From Felis catus (taxonomy: Eukaryota): a stretch of 64,000 nt of DNA. Of the stretch, positions 36,593 to 49,679 are shown piece by piece. The position numbers and the translations under genes are program-made. The notes beneath the pieces were generated by a model. It made no database searches. It saw nothing but the letters and a program-made list of their open reading frames with translations, and was not told where the DNA came from. The DNA lies in the NCBI RefSeq assembly GCF_018350175.1, contig NC_058368.1, forward strand, positions 38,442,001 through 38,506,000, in the 5' to 3' direction. Positions within the stretch are counted from its first letter, which is position 1. Each line of letters begins with the position of its first letter.

Positions 36593-38909
36593 GAAGTATA
36601 ATAGAAACAAATCTGTATTTATAATACAGGATGATATACTCTAGAACTATAGTGGTAATGGTCGTCTGAAACACATGAGCTTCACAGTTAAAAGCTATCA
36701 GTATTAGGCATCATCTATTAAGTTTTATCTCTGATTGTTGTATGGCTAAAATTGAACAACAACAACAACAAAAAACTTGAAAACTAAGCAGAAAAAATTC
36801 CATGGTAAATACTGAAGAAAATGCACTTTTAAGCCTAGATAGGAAATTGCAAAGAGGAAATAATGTTTCTCTATCTACTATAAACATAATATTTATAAAG
36901 TTATAAAGTACATAAATACCTAAGTTAAAAGAAATAAAATTAAAATCAGAGGACTTATTGGTTAAAAACAAAGACATTATTTATAATAATAATGGTGAGA
37001 TACCATGAAAATTTGTGTCTGAAGACCAATAAGATATATACTCAACATTATTTATGTTGCCCATGCAATCATGACTAAAACCCTCAACTTACCCTTTAAA
37101 AATCCTTTCCAAACATATTTCTCAATGCTTGGCTGTATATTGGGTGTCCTACTAAGTATGACCTAGGCTTCCAAATTTGTTCCTAAGCTCTTGCTCTACC
37201 TTCCATCTATAATATACTCCTGTTCCGACTCTGTGTGTTAAAATCTTAACATTTCAAGGCCACTTTCAAATGAAAATTGAAATTTTCAATTGAAAATTGA
37301 AATTCTTAATGAAACATGTCCCATAGTGTTCCTCTCTGGAATCCACAGAGCATAGTCTTAGATTTTCTTCCGTTCTTCTTTCCTTCATTCCTTCCTCCTT
37401 CCCTCCATCCTTCCTTCTCTCTATTTTTATTTTCTCTTTTATCCTTTTTTAAACACAGAAGTAGTTCTTTCTTTTAGCTTTACACTAGCATCTGTTGCAT
37501 TACATAAATGGGTTACTTATAAAAACAATGTTAAAAATCTGTAGAGTTTTTAAGGGCACGTTCTATCTTGCTATATTAGATGTAAATTAAAACAATAATT
37601 AAAATAGTGTTTTCCTTATCTTTATTTTAGAATTTTAATTCACCATGCCTTAAGACGATTAAGATAGCGTTTGGCACTAAACTTCACATATATAAATTTA
37701 CTTCTAATATTGAAAATCAATAAGTAGAGAATCAAGTCTTTGGTATTATTTAGAGCTAATATTATTCTAGAAAAAGAAGAAACTAATTAAATGATGATTA
37801 TGAGTAGCACATCGTTTCAGATAATTAGCAAATAGTATAGCAACAATAGGAAGCATACAAAAAATTATTCTGTGAAATCTAACATTTAACATTAAGTGGC
37901 AAATTGTTACATTGTATAACTCACTCTTTTCAGCACGTTTGAAGGGTGTCTAAATGTTGTTAAACTTTGAACTTAGTAAGTCCCATAAATAAACTAAAAA
38001 TGTATTCCTGAGGCTTTAGGGATATTTTACATTCCTTCATAAAACTAACCTAAGACAAGGACATGGCTTGTATTCTGAGGAATACTTATAATAGTATTTG
38101 TATAATTATCTAGAAGATACACATGTAAAATTTTCATTGGTAGATAAGAATTAAGGAGTCCTTAATGTAAATACAAATGTTTGCATATTTAATCCTTGTT
38201 GGAAATTTCATTTGTTCCTCAGTCCCTTATGACATCATTTAGGTAATTTTCATATATTTCACTAGCTTGGACTTATGTGTATACAATAACAAATAAAATA
38301 GGGGAGTGTTTCTTAAATTTCTAGACAAACATGGAAGAGATGACAGCCATAATATAAAGGAATATCCCTCTTATCATTGTCTATTTTTAAGAACTCTTCA
38401 GAGAAAGAAGTGAGATGTTTTATAGCCTTCCTTGTCAACAATGATAAATGCAACTGGGAGAAATAATTTAAAAATATAAAGAACACCCCTGGGGTACAGA
38501 AACAATGATTAAGTTTTAGAGTAACGGCATAATCTCTTACTTATTGAATATATTAGAGAAATTAAAACTATCTGCAAAAAAATAGGGTGAAAACTAAGGA
38601 AACCTTAAGAATCTAATCCCTCATGAATGTGTGAAAGATTTCTGTACAAATATCTGAAGCCAAAGCATTATCACCACAATCTGTTAATTATAATTTATAA
38701 AAGATAATTTAATTGATTTTTTTAAAAAAATGCATGTAATAATAAAGTATGCCATACTTAAAAGTTAAAAAAATAAATTGGAAAAATTCTTCCAGACATA
38801 AACATTAACCTTACGTCAATAATATTCAAGATATCTATGTTTATATATATAGAAAATTAAAAAAATAGAAATACAAATAGTGAGGAATATTTTATATGGA
38901 TAGCTTTAT

Positions 38910-39398
38910 TAACATGAGATAAATTTCATCTGATAATGACCATAAGGGAGAGACTGCAGTCCAACAATGGCAAGTTTATTAAATTGCCAAGGCAAAAGGG
39001 GATATCTGAGAGGAACCACTGAATTTTTATCACCAAACAGAAGAAGAAGCAGTATTGACATAAGATTTGGGAAAAGGATTTGTGTTGTGTAGGTCAAATT
39101 TAAATAAAGCAGTGGTTTGACAATCTCAGCAAAGATGGCTGTTTGTAAAGTGTTTAATGTCAGGTCTTGGAAGCTGAGTTGGAAGCAGAGTCCTGTTTTT
39201 CTTAGGAACTAGAAAGTTAAGATACATGTGGAATACTGTCTTTGGAAACCCCTTGGCTGAAATCCCTTTCCCGGCTGATTCTACTTCTGCAAGTGACTAA
39301 GATCCTTCAGGCAATAGTGTAGAGTTCCATTACATACTTCTAATAGTCTATGCTTTTAAAGAATGTTCCCCTGGCATCATGTCTTTTGTTAACTGACA
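38910..39398 (-). mobile_element. Putative old solo LTR
   Basis: About 490-bp GC-richer island, antisense AATAAA near 38975, ends in tgaca; family not recognised. Confidence 0.35.
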
Positions 39399-39559
39399 TA
39401 AGCGGAATTTGCATGTTTACAATGGAATCAAGCAGTACACACATTTTAGCAAACATATTTGATTTCTTCTTCCTATATTTAACAAAAGAGCGGAGCTATC
39501 ACAATGCAACAGGGCTAAGAGTGATAGGATTCAGTAACAAATCTCTCTGGGAATAAGGT

Positions 39560-39760
39560 AATCATCACTCTGTTGTCTTCTAACATTGAATCTTCTGTGG
39601 AGAAATCAAAGATCAGCCTGATAGTTTCCTTGAATTGATACTTTTTTACCTCTGCACTGGATAATTTTTTTTATTTTAATTTTTGGTGTCTCTGTTTGCT
39701 GAGGAATTTTAGTGTTTAATCCACCTAGCCATGAATATCATAGTCCCGTACAAATATAAT
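39560..39760 (-). mobile_element. HAL1/old L1 ORF1-like fragment
   Basis: ttgtcttctaacattgaat.tt.ctgtggagaaatc...cagcctgat resembles antisense HAL1/L1 ORF1. Confidence 0.5.
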
Positions 39761-41429
39761 TTCTGGCATCATATTGGCCCAATAATTAAGCATAGACCTA
39801 GGAAAGTATACTTTTATCTGAACATTAGTTTAGTTATTTTACCTCCCCTACTTTATTTAACTGATTATTCAGAAGCCGTCACCATTTGACTCCAAAGATG
39901 GATTGAGGTAACAGGACTTAAATTTTTATATCTTATTTTTAATAGTTTGCAATGCAGAAGGATCTTTTCCTGGGAATCTCATATTGTCTTCCTCCTTTCC
40001 AGAGGATCATGTGCTGTTTATTGTATCTGTTTTTAGTTCTGCAAACCCCTGGCTTATTGTTGGTGTTGATTACCTCTGTGAAAACATAATCATTCTTCCT
40101 TTCTTTGCTACTTACCTACTATTAAAGCAAGCTAGACGATGAGTTCAGGAACTCATTCTCCTGAGATCTTGGTGGGTGAATGGGCATGTTTACACTCATG
40201 GGCTTTCTTGGACATTACTCTTTTTCCTGAGCTACCTGCTTACCTTCTCCTTTTGATGATTTTGAATTTGGGGTATGTTAATAAGCAGTTCCATGATTTG
40301 GCCAACTTGCCTTCTTTCACATCTTTATTTCTATGGTGTTTGTGTATAGATATAAGCCAGAGAGTTCTGCCAAAATCTCTCTTTGCCCTTTTATTGCATA
40401 AGATTTGGGTAGCTTTGCTTTTTTGTTGCAGACAGTAACTTTCACTCTGTTCTTGTTGTTGTTTGAAAAAAATGGGCAGTGCAGGTGTGGGAGGATTCTC
40501 TCTGATAGGAAAAGTGAAAATTATGTCAAATCTGGAATCATTCTTGCATCTTTTCTCAGATCTTAATTTATAGCATTTAAAGTATTAAAGGCTTAAGACT
40601 GGTTAACAAGAGGGAGTATAAAATAAGGAAAATTTTATTTCTTTTATCAAGGCTGCTAGTATGTTTTATTAGTTTCATTTAACTCTATCTTTTGTATTAC
40701 ATTCTTATTTTTCAAGGTTTTAAGTAAAGCATGTACAATTTTAAATTCAGTAAACAAAATATATAATTATAATCAATTTCTCAACATTGTTTGCTGTTAG
40801 TAGTCTTTGTAATGAGTGTCAGTCTATTTTTACTGTTTCTTAAAAGCAAGTATTTTTAAACCATTTAAAGTATTTTTATGAGTCATATTTCAGAATGATG
40901 ATTATGTTATTGAAACATTGTAGATAGCAGATGCGAAGTGAGAGTCTGATGAAATATTAGAGTACCTAAATGCTCAAACAATAATTATTGCCATTTTCTA
41001 CATAATAGGAAAAATATTCCACATTAATATTAACCATAATTATCAAGAGTATTTACCTTTTCTAAATAGTTCCCATAGTATTGATTATCCAATTATTTCC
41101 CACACACCTCTCTCTTTTATTATGTTCAATACAATATTACTGAAAGCTTACGAAGCTTTTTATCATGTTATCATACCCCCTCAACTTTTCCTGAGTAATA
41201 TGACTTTGATTTATCCTTCACCAAAGTATCCCCAAACACTCCTGTTTTTATTGCGAAGATTCTTGACAATTCTAGAACCAAATCACATGTGTAAAAACAT
41301 TCATACTGTTTGGCAAAACTACGTGTTCGAATTTCACTCCTCCTTTTGTTTAAGTATTAGAAGTTCATAGTTCTCTACCTCTCTTGTACCTCGTCCCCCT
41401 TTCACAGACACTCTCAGTCTCTCTTTCCC

Positions 41430-41468
<39 letters not shown>

Positions 41469-41477
41469 CATATATAT
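41430..41477 (+). repeat. (CT)n(TA)n compound microsatellite
   Basis: Directly visible. Confidence 0.95.
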
Positions 41478-42959
41478 TTTTTTATTTTACTTAAAAATAT
41501 TTGTAGAAACAATCTTTATATTACATAATATTTTCTTTCAGTTTTGGCTTTTGTTTTCTTAAATATACTGTGAAAAATAAATAAATACTATTTTAGAACT
41601 TCAGCATAGGTAGTGTGTCAATTTCACTTAATTTTCTTTTGATAACATGACTTGACCTACCTCTGAAATTCAAATATGAACTCTCTAAAAACCCTTGAAA
41701 TGAATTGTCTGAAGCTACAAAAGCTTTTAATCACTTTATTTTTATAAGTTCATATAATTTGTTTAAATTTAATGGTTTTCTAAATATATAAGTATATGCC
41801 TCAAATACTCATTTCGGATTACATATAGCCTCTGCCTTCCCATCTCCACTCCCATTGCTTGCCTGAAATAACTTTGTTACTTTTCTCCTTACATATAATC
41901 TTAACTGTGGGGACTCAAATATTCTCAATGGGTTTCCTTTTTTTTTTCTTTTTTAAATTAGAACTTCTCTTTGTTGGTCTCTCTCCATTTTTCCATCTCT
42001 TAATTCTTCTAGTTCAAACTTCTCCCAGAAGCTTAGATCCTCTCCCACCAACTATTCTTGCTAAAAGTCTTTCCAGTGAGTTCAGCTGGTTACTGTTTCT
42101 TTGACAATAATTTTCCTTATAGATATACATAGCTTTGTTAATAGTAAATAACTTGCAAAATACTAATATGCCAAATTACGCTTTCACAATTTTATGTAAA
42201 ACCTTTATTATATACTTGCTTTCAGTTTATCAGAAATGGATATCTTTAATTTTAGTATATCTATTTTTATATTATGGAGATTTCTACATGACTTAGTTTT
42301 ATTATTTAACATTACTTCCTACAGTTGAGTTAATAAGTTTAGGTTTAAGTGGGAGAACAACAAATAACAATTGAAAAAAATAACCTAGAAAGCTGAAAAT
42401 ACTTATCCTGGTCTTTTTATAGGATATGGTCTCAAATTACTACATTTGAACCTGTAGCAATATGTTTACCAAACAGACCTCTTTCAGAAATTACAAATAT
42501 TCAATATACATTTTAATAATATTGAAAAATAGGAACTTATAAAAAATGCTATACTCAATGTACTAAAATGGTAAAGTGTTTTCTGTCACAAAGTACTGTA
42601 CTAGGAAAAAGCCATTCCTTTATGTTTGCATGTATTATGAATGACCTCTTTGTGAGATTAAGAAGGTCAATGTCATGTTTCCATAAATACTAGAATTTAT
42701 GTGAGAACAGTGGCAGTGTGAGGTATAGCAAAATTAAAAATCACGAAAATCATAAATCTTATATTATCTATGTGTTATCATAGGTAATTATTACACCACC
42801 TATTTGTATTCATTCCTAGATCAGTAAAGCTATGTAACAGTTGTAATGAATTCAATTAGGGCACATAATAAAAACTTGAGTGAAAATAAAATATTTAGCA
42901 TTACCTTGGGTATGAAAAAGCCAATAACCCTATTTTTATTCTTAAATTTGCAAAAGCAT

Positions 42960-43114
42960 GGAGTGCCTGGGTGTCTCGGTTAAGTGTCTGACTTCAGCTC
43001 AGGTCATGATCTCATGGTTTGTAAGTTTGAGCCCTCGTCAGGCTCTCTGCTGTCAGCACAGATTCTGCTTCAGATCCTCTGTCCCCTTCTCTCTCTGCCC
43101 CTCCACCACTCGTT

Positions 43115-43152
<38 letters not shown>

Positions 43153-43189
43153 GTCTCTCTCTCCTTCTCTCTCAAAATAAAAACAAGCT
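42960..43189 (+). mobile_element. Can-SINE
   Basis: SINE body; perfect TSD ttaaatttgcaaaagc (42942-42957/43190-43205). Confidence 0.94.
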
Positions 43190-43255
43190 TTAAATTTGCA
43201 AAAGCTTAAGCTAAATAAATGATTATTTTTAGCATCTAAAGTGCATTAACAATCT

Positions 43256-43325
43256 AAGCAAAAAAGCAAGAAAGCAAGAAAGCAAGAAAGCAAGAAAGCA
43301 AGAAAGAAAGAAAGAAAGAGAAAAA
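43256..43325 (+). repeat. (AAGCAAGA)n/(GAAA)n compound repeat
   Basis: Directly visible. Confidence 0.9.
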
Positions 43326-43433
43326 GAGTGAAATGATAACCAGGAAAATCTAAAACATTGGTGTGCTTTTCCATTTTATACATTTCAGTACAATTTCCAT
43401 TTGAACCCACTGTTTGCACAAAAATATGCTCTA

Positions 43434-43615
43434 GGGGTACCTGGGTGGCACAGTCAGTTAAGCATCTAACTCTTGGTTTCAACTCAGGTCATGCTTTCAT
43501 GGTTCATCTGTTTGAGCCCTGCTTTGGGCTCTGTGCGGACATCACTGAGCTTGCTTGATGTTCTCTGTCTCCCTCTCTCTACCCCTCCCCCCCAAAAATA
43601 AATAAATAAACTTAA
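43434..43615 (+). mobile_element. Can-SINE
   Basis: SINE body; TSD aaaaatatgctcta (43420-43433/43616-43629). Confidence 0.94.
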
Positions 43616-43675
43616 AAAAATATGCTCTAATATAGAAATGTATGATTTTTCCTTCTGAGTTAAGACTATGACTTT

Positions 43676-43851
43676 TTTAATTAAGTTTTTAAATTTTAAT
43701 TCTCACATAATTAACATACAGTGTTATCCTTTTCTAGGATTTTTTTAGTTTTGGGTTTCACATGTGGGTCCTTAATCCATTTTGAATTTATTTTTGTGTA
43801 TGATGTAAGGAAGTGGTCCAGGTCCATTCTTTAACATGCAGCTATCCAGTT
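43676..43851 (-). mobile_element. Miniature L1: extreme 3' end fused to an internal ORF2 piece
   Basis: ttaacatacagtgttat (3' terminus) joined to ttctaggatttt...taatccattttgaatttatttttgtgta...aagtggtccag (ORF2); TSD agactatga(c/g)ttt (43663-43675/43852-43864). Confidence 0.85.
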
Positions 43852-44190
43852 AGACTATGAGTTTCTTAAAAAAATAAATATCATCTGAAGCCTCAATGTT
43901 TTATAATATCAAAATACACCAGGGAATTATCTCCGCATTATGTACATATTTACATTTTTAAAAAGGACTTTAAGATTTAGACAATATTATAATCCTTTTC
44001 AAAGCAATACTTAGAATATTAATAGATAGCTTCAAAAGATTATGAATGATAACTTTATGTTAATGTATGAGTTATTTTAAAGTACCATGTATAAGAAGAG
44101 AAAAAAACCTCATTGGCAGTTATAAATAAAACTGGTTTTAACTAAAATTTAAAATTTTTTCCATTTTGAGCCATGGCATCACTTCTAAAA

Positions 44191-44274
44191 TTTATTTATT
44201 TATTTTGAAGGAGAGATAGAGTACAAGCAGGGGAGGGCCAGAAAAAGAGGGAGAGAGAGCATCCCAAGCAGGCT
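44191..44274 (-). mobile_element. Can-SINE 3' fragment
   Basis: tttatttattttga...gcaggggagggcca.a...gagagagag.atcccaagcaggct. Confidence 0.85.
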
Positions 44275-44390
44275 GGAGGGGAGGCAAGTGGTGGATGGGC
44301 TAAATGGTGATGGGTATTAAGGTGGGCACTTGTGATGAGCACTGGGTATTGTATGTTAAGCAATGAATCACTAAATTCTACCCTTGAAAA
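44272..44390 (+). mobile_element. L1 (carnivore) 3' UTR fragment
   Basis: gctggaggggagg...gatgggctaaatgg.tgatggg.attaagg.gggcacttgtgatgagcactggg...tgaatcactaaattctac. Confidence 0.9.
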
Positions 44391-44673
44391 TTCTAAAAAG
44401 CACAATTTGTTAAAAAAGGAAAAGAAAAAGAAAGAAAAAGTCTATTTGTTAATTCATCAAGTGACTAGTATCATACTTTTAGCATTATAGGAAAGAGCCA
44501 TAACTGTCAACCATAATTTACTCCAATAATAGTCAATAATTTTAAGTGTTATTTGTCTAGATCTAGAAATCATGATTACTGAAATTTTAAAAAACTATCA
44601 GAAATCTCTCAATATACATTTTTGTAGGCTATCTGTAAATACAGCTGATTCTCATTATTCACATTGGTAAGTA

Positions 44674-45286
44674 CAATTGATCTTCATTATTTACAAATTC
44701 CACATTTGAGAATTCTACTCATTCAAATTAGTTTGTAATAAGTCAATAATCACAACAAAAACTTTTTAGTTGCCAGATGCATATATTCCCAGCTGAAGGA
44801 GAACAAATTGATGCTCTGCCTTCTTGTTTGAGCCCTCATCCTGTAAACAAGTGTCCTTTTTGCAGTCTATTTACTGTCATGCTTTTCACATTTTTTGAGT
44901 TTTTTGTTAGTGTTTTCACGGTTTAAAAAGAGTCCCAATCAGCTTACTGAAGTGCTGTTTAGTGTTGCAAGGCATAAGTGGCCTGTCGTTTGTTTTAGGG
45001 ACAAAACACGTACGTTCATAAAGTTTGGTCAGGCACAAGCCATAGTACTGTTGGCCACAAGTTCAATATAAACGAATCAACTGTATATTAAGTTAGATAT
45101 CATTGGACACAAACACACTAAAACAAGTTTACTTATATATCAGTGGACAAAAGTATTGTGACTAGAGGTTTGTAGGAACCTAACTTTCTATTTCTGTTGG
45201 GAGCAAAGGATCAGTATTCATTAGTAAATTCAGTGTTCATGGCAACTTTATGGAATATAACTATTGCAAGTTATGAGAAGCAATTG
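44674..45286 (+). mobile_element. MER82-like TcMar-Tigger DNA transposon
   Basis: TA flanks; TIRs caattgatcttcattat / ttatgagaagcaattg; internal ttcccagctga.g..gaacaa, gctctgccttcttgttt, ctgtaaacaagtgtccttt, aggaacctaac. Confidence 0.9.
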
Positions 45287-45466
45287 TATATTTGTATTAA
45301 TTTCATAGAAATTCAAGTGAATTCAATTCTTGATGTAATTTTTAAGAGTAGGAAATGTGGTAAATGCAACATTACTTGCTGGGCTCTCCTCCCCTCTCTT
45401 TTACCTTTGTTTCTCTTAACCAAGCGTGTTGATGGTTTCTCTACTTCTATGTCTCTCTTATCAGTT

Positions 45467-45664
45467 CTTTTTTTTTAATTTTTTTTAGAGAGAGAGAGAG
45501 AGCATGCAAGTAGGGGAGAGGGGCAGAGGGAGAGAGAGGATCTTAAGCAGGCTCCATGCTCAGTGGAGAGTTCAATGCAGGACTTGATCCCATGACACCA
45601 GGATCAGGACCTGAGCTGAAACAAAGAGTCAGACACTCAATCAACTGAGCCATCCCAGCACCCC
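45467..45664 (-). mobile_element. Can-SINE (older subfamily)
   Basis: Antisense body with tcttaagcaggctccatgctcag; imperfect TSD. Confidence 0.93.
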
Positions 45665-45889
45665 TCCCTTACCAAGTTTTTATATAAAGGATACTCACAA
45701 ATGCCTTACTTTTAATAGTCATTTTTAAGGATTAGAAATCTAATTAGTTTCTCATAGAAGTATTAAATCATCATCTATTTATCATTTTTCTACTGTAAAT
45801 TATGTCTAGTTGATTATGCTCTGAAAGAAAATGGATTTTGCTTTCCTCCATTTATTCATTACTTACTTGCCTACCAACTACTTTGAGTT

Positions 45890-46570
45890 GAAGTGACTAT
45901 TCAAATACCTTGCCAATTTTTAATGGGATTGTGTGCTTTTTTATTATTTAATTGTAAAAGTTCTTTTTATATCACCTGGATACCAATATTTTGTTAGATA
46001 TATGTTTCTTTAACATTTTATCCCAGTCTGTGGATTTTATTTTCACTGTCTTAGTGTCTTCTGAATAAGCTAGAGCTTTATATTTTGGTGAAGTCTTATT
46101 TATCAATTTTCAAAATGATAAATACTTACACTTTTCTATTCTCTGAGCAATCTCAGCCTAGCCCAAGGTGACAGTGCCATTCATCTACATTTCCCTCTAC
46201 AAGTTTTAGAAGTATTTATTTACATTCAAGCTTATGTTTAAATCTATTATTCAAGTTAATTTTTAAGTGTATTGTGAGAAATGGGTAGAGGTTTATTAAT
46301 TTTTAGAAATGAATGTCTAATTGTTCCAGAGCCATTTGGTACAAATCCCATTTTTTTCCACTGAATTGGCTTTTTCAATATTCAAACATCCTTATACATG
46401 GGTCTATTTCCAGAGTTAACTACGGGTCTTGTCTTTTGACCATATGATACCATTTATGTTTATAGTAAGTACTGAAATCCCAATCAATGTCATCTCATAA
46501 ATTTTTAAGTTAATGTTGCTTTACCTATTCTATCAACTTATCAATCAAATGAGTGCACTTTGATATGTCT
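45890..46570 (-). mobile_element. Old L1M ORF2 fragment
   Basis: ctattcaaat...tgcc.atttttaatgggatt, ttgtaa.agttcttt, ctggatac, tcccagtctgtgg, gaagtc..atttatcaatttt, ttgttccag..ccattt, gggtctatttc. Confidence 0.8.
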
Positions 46571-46584
46571 GTTGTGTCATATAT

Positions 46585-46794
46585 ATATTTTTTAATCTTA
46601 TTTTTTTTAATTTTATGAGAGAGAGAGAGAGAGAGAAACTGAGGGGGGAGGGGAAGAAAGAGGGAGACAGAGGATCCAAAGCCAGCTCTGCACTGACAGC
46701 AGACAGCTTAACGTGGGGCTCAAACCCATGAACTGTGAGATTATGACCTGAGCCAAAGTTAGACACTTAAGAGACTAAGCCACCCGGGTGCCCC
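46585..46794 (-). mobile_element. Can-SINE
   Basis: Antisense body; perfect TSD ctgttgtgtcatatat (46569-46584/46794-46809). Confidence 0.94.
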
Positions 46795-46972
46795 TGTTGT
46801 GTCATATATTTTAATTTCTCTGCCAGTTCTAAATACTTAGGTTTTGTGCAGTTTTCTCACATAGTGAGATAATTTTTAAATAATAATAGTAATGACAACA
46901 ATAATAACATTTTTAAAAATTAGTTTTAATTTAAAACAAAAATAAAACACTATATGCAAGATTCATTCCCGA

Positions 46973-47130
46973 GTGTATGTATGTTTGTGTGTGTGTGTAT
47001 ATATACATATATTATGTATGTATGTATATGTGTGAATGTATATATGTATGTATGTCTTGTATATATAGTATGTATAAGCTGTGTATGTATTATATATATA
47101 CACTATATAGAGAGTGTATATATACATATA
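46973..47130 (+). repeat. Degenerate (TATG)n/(TG)n/(TA)n simple repeat
   Basis: Directly visible. Confidence 0.9.
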
Positions 47131-48080
47131 AAGAGAAAGAGATTAATTTACTCAGAAATATCTGTATAAATATAATAATGACATATCTTAAATTTACTTC
47201 AGTGTCCCTCATTCTAATAATTTCTCAAGTACATTCACATGTTCTTTGAATAAGGTTAAATGTCTTTACTGTAGACACAACCCTATAATGAATGCCCTAG
47301 AATATATTGAGAACACATAATTTATTGCATATATGGTTTCATATGAACACTTCTCTATTTAAACAATTATACTACCTTGAGCATCACTTTATTTCTAACT
47401 TATCACGTTTCATCAAAAAGGTTATGTTTATCCCTTAATCTATATTTATTATATATCTGTAATTTTATTTAACTATATGTATAGGTTTTTGTGTATGTGT
47501 ATGAAATGAAAATGGCTTTAACTACCATAAATATCTATATCTTTAGTCTTTCTTAACTTTAGAAACATGGTTAAAAATATAATTATGTCCAAAAATTTAC
47601 ATTGCTATAGCTTCAATGGGAACTAAGAGCATGAGGTAAAAAATAGATTTAAGAATTGTAAAAAATAAAATTAATAGTTTTAGCTTATTATTAATGTCAG
47701 TATTTAAAAGTGTTATTAAGCATTGTCCAAACTATCCTGCAGTTGATTATGCCTTACTAGTGAGACAAAACATAAAGCATAAGCATGATTTGAATTTAGT
47801 TGTTTGAAATTAACTCCAAAGGGAATGTAGATTTGAGAACAAAACCTTACATTTGGCAAAATCAGAAGAGAGAATCAGGAGGAGTTGTATGTGAGATTGG
47901 TCACTTGGGATTTGAGTATACCATTAGCAAAACTGCTGAAAGTTAACCGTGTTGAAAAAATGAATTATTTTCAGGGATATCAGCCTTTGTCAAGAACTAC
48001 ATTTGACACCCACTGAATCTAGGATAGAGACTTTCCTTTGTAGTTCATAAGATATTTTTTCCATAAAAGGATCATTTTAC

Positions 48081-48480
48081 TGTTAAAACAAAATTCAACT
48101 GACCAATTTTGAAGATCGTTTCTTGGCTTTATTCAATGTATCATGAATTGGGCAGCTTCTCATTTAGCAAATAGAAAGGAACTTTGAGGAGTTGTGCAAA
48201 ATGGAAGACTTTTTTAAGGCAGAAGTGGGTGGGAAAAGGAAGTTTACTTACTTGGGATAGATTGTTTCACATAAAGTCACCTTCTGCTAGGGGAAGGCAG
48301 GGGGTCTATCAGGCAGATTATCTCACTAGTGTTGACCAGATAATTCCAGATTAATTGGTTAAGATTACATTTCTAGGGGAAACTAAAGCTGCAATGAGGT
48401 TATTAGATATTTAGTCTTGGTTTGATGACATGAGCTTTGCACAAGTGACTCCATTTGGGATCTGCGGTCTCCTCTTAACA
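48081..48480 (-). mobile_element. Solo LTR, ERV1/CarLTR-like
   Basis: 400 bp with perfect TGTTAA...TTAACA inverted termini, 4-bp TSD ttac/atac, antisense AATAAA at 48128-48133, gtgactccattt near the 5' end. Confidence 0.85.
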
Positions 48481-48844
48481 ATACAAATTTGCTCTGCTTC
48501 AATTCGAATGGTTTATTTTTCATGTATCTAAAATAGAATTTAAATTTTTCTACATTTATGTCTTCTTTTTTGTCAAATTTCTCAAAGTTATAAATCCCAA
48601 GTGCGTGATTATTGTTATTACCACTTTCTAACTTAATCAAAAGTTACCATTGAGTGGCTTGAGTTTGTCTTGTCTCACCAGCATTAGATATTGCTAGAAA
48701 AGTCTCTAAGTCTAGAAGCCATATGTGAGAAGTTAGATGAATAGAACCAGATAATATTAATATTTATGGTGATTATTGGTTATATCATGCTAACAATTGA
48801 TTTTCTCTATTTTAGAGATGTGCAAGTATCTATTAGAAAAGTAT

Positions 48845-49060
48845 GGGGTTAAGGGCAAAACCTGGTTCAATGATTTGTGAGTTATATGTTCCTGAGTAAG
48901 GTTCTATAAATTCTATGTCTTGGTTTTCCCATCTGTAAAGCAGATAAAATGTTATGATCTCAGATCTCAGAGCTCTGTTGCAAGGATTAACTGAGTCTCT
49001 CTTTGAATGCCTCTCATTCAGTGAGCACTTGATAGAGAATAGCATTCTTTCTTTTTATTA
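48845..49060 (+). mobile_element. MIR
   Basis: ggttaagggca, cctggttcaa, tggttttcccatctgtaaa, gttgcaaggattaa.tgag, gtgagcact. Confidence 0.7.
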
Positions 49061-49079
49061 TTAATTATTAAGGTTTTAA

Positions 49080-49210
49080 TTCTCATATCAATACAATTGT
49101 CGAGTTAGTTGTCTTTATGTCACTTTACAGAAACAGGTTTGGAGAGGTTAAGTAATTTGTCCAGTACAAATCTTTTAAGAGTTAGACTGAGTTTTAACAG
49201 GGTTTGGAAT
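49080..49210 (-). mobile_element. MIR
   Basis: cactttacag.aaacagg...ggagaggttaagtaatttgtcca. Confidence 0.65.
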
Positions 49211-49249
49211 TAATTGAATTATTTTCCGTTTGGGAAACCCATGTATTTT

Positions 49250-49480
49250 TTGTTTTGTTTTTTAATTTTTAATGTTTATTTATTTTTGAGAGACAGAGAG
49301 AGAGAGGCAGAGCATGAGCGGCAGAGGGGCAAGGAGAGAGAGGGAGACACAGAATCTGAAGCAAGCTCCAGGCTCTTAGTTGTCAGCACAGAGCCCAACA
49401 TAGGGCTCAAACCCACGACCTATGAGATCATGACCTGAGCCGAAGTTGGACGCTTAATCCACTGAGCCACACAGGCACCC
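49250..49480 (-). mobile_element. Can-SINE
   Basis: Full antisense body; imperfect TSD ccatg..ttttt. Confidence 0.95.
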
Positions 49481-49616
49481 TCACCATGGTTTTTTTTTAA
49501 ATAAGTTTTAAAATATTTGATTGTAGTGAATCCTAATGCTACTCAACCCCTGGCTATCACTTGTATATTTCAGGGAGTGCTATTGGACTTTAAAATGTAC
49601 TTGAATTGTACTTGAA

Positions 49617-49639
49617 ATATATGTATGTATGCATTAGGT

Positions 49640-49679
<40 letters not shown>

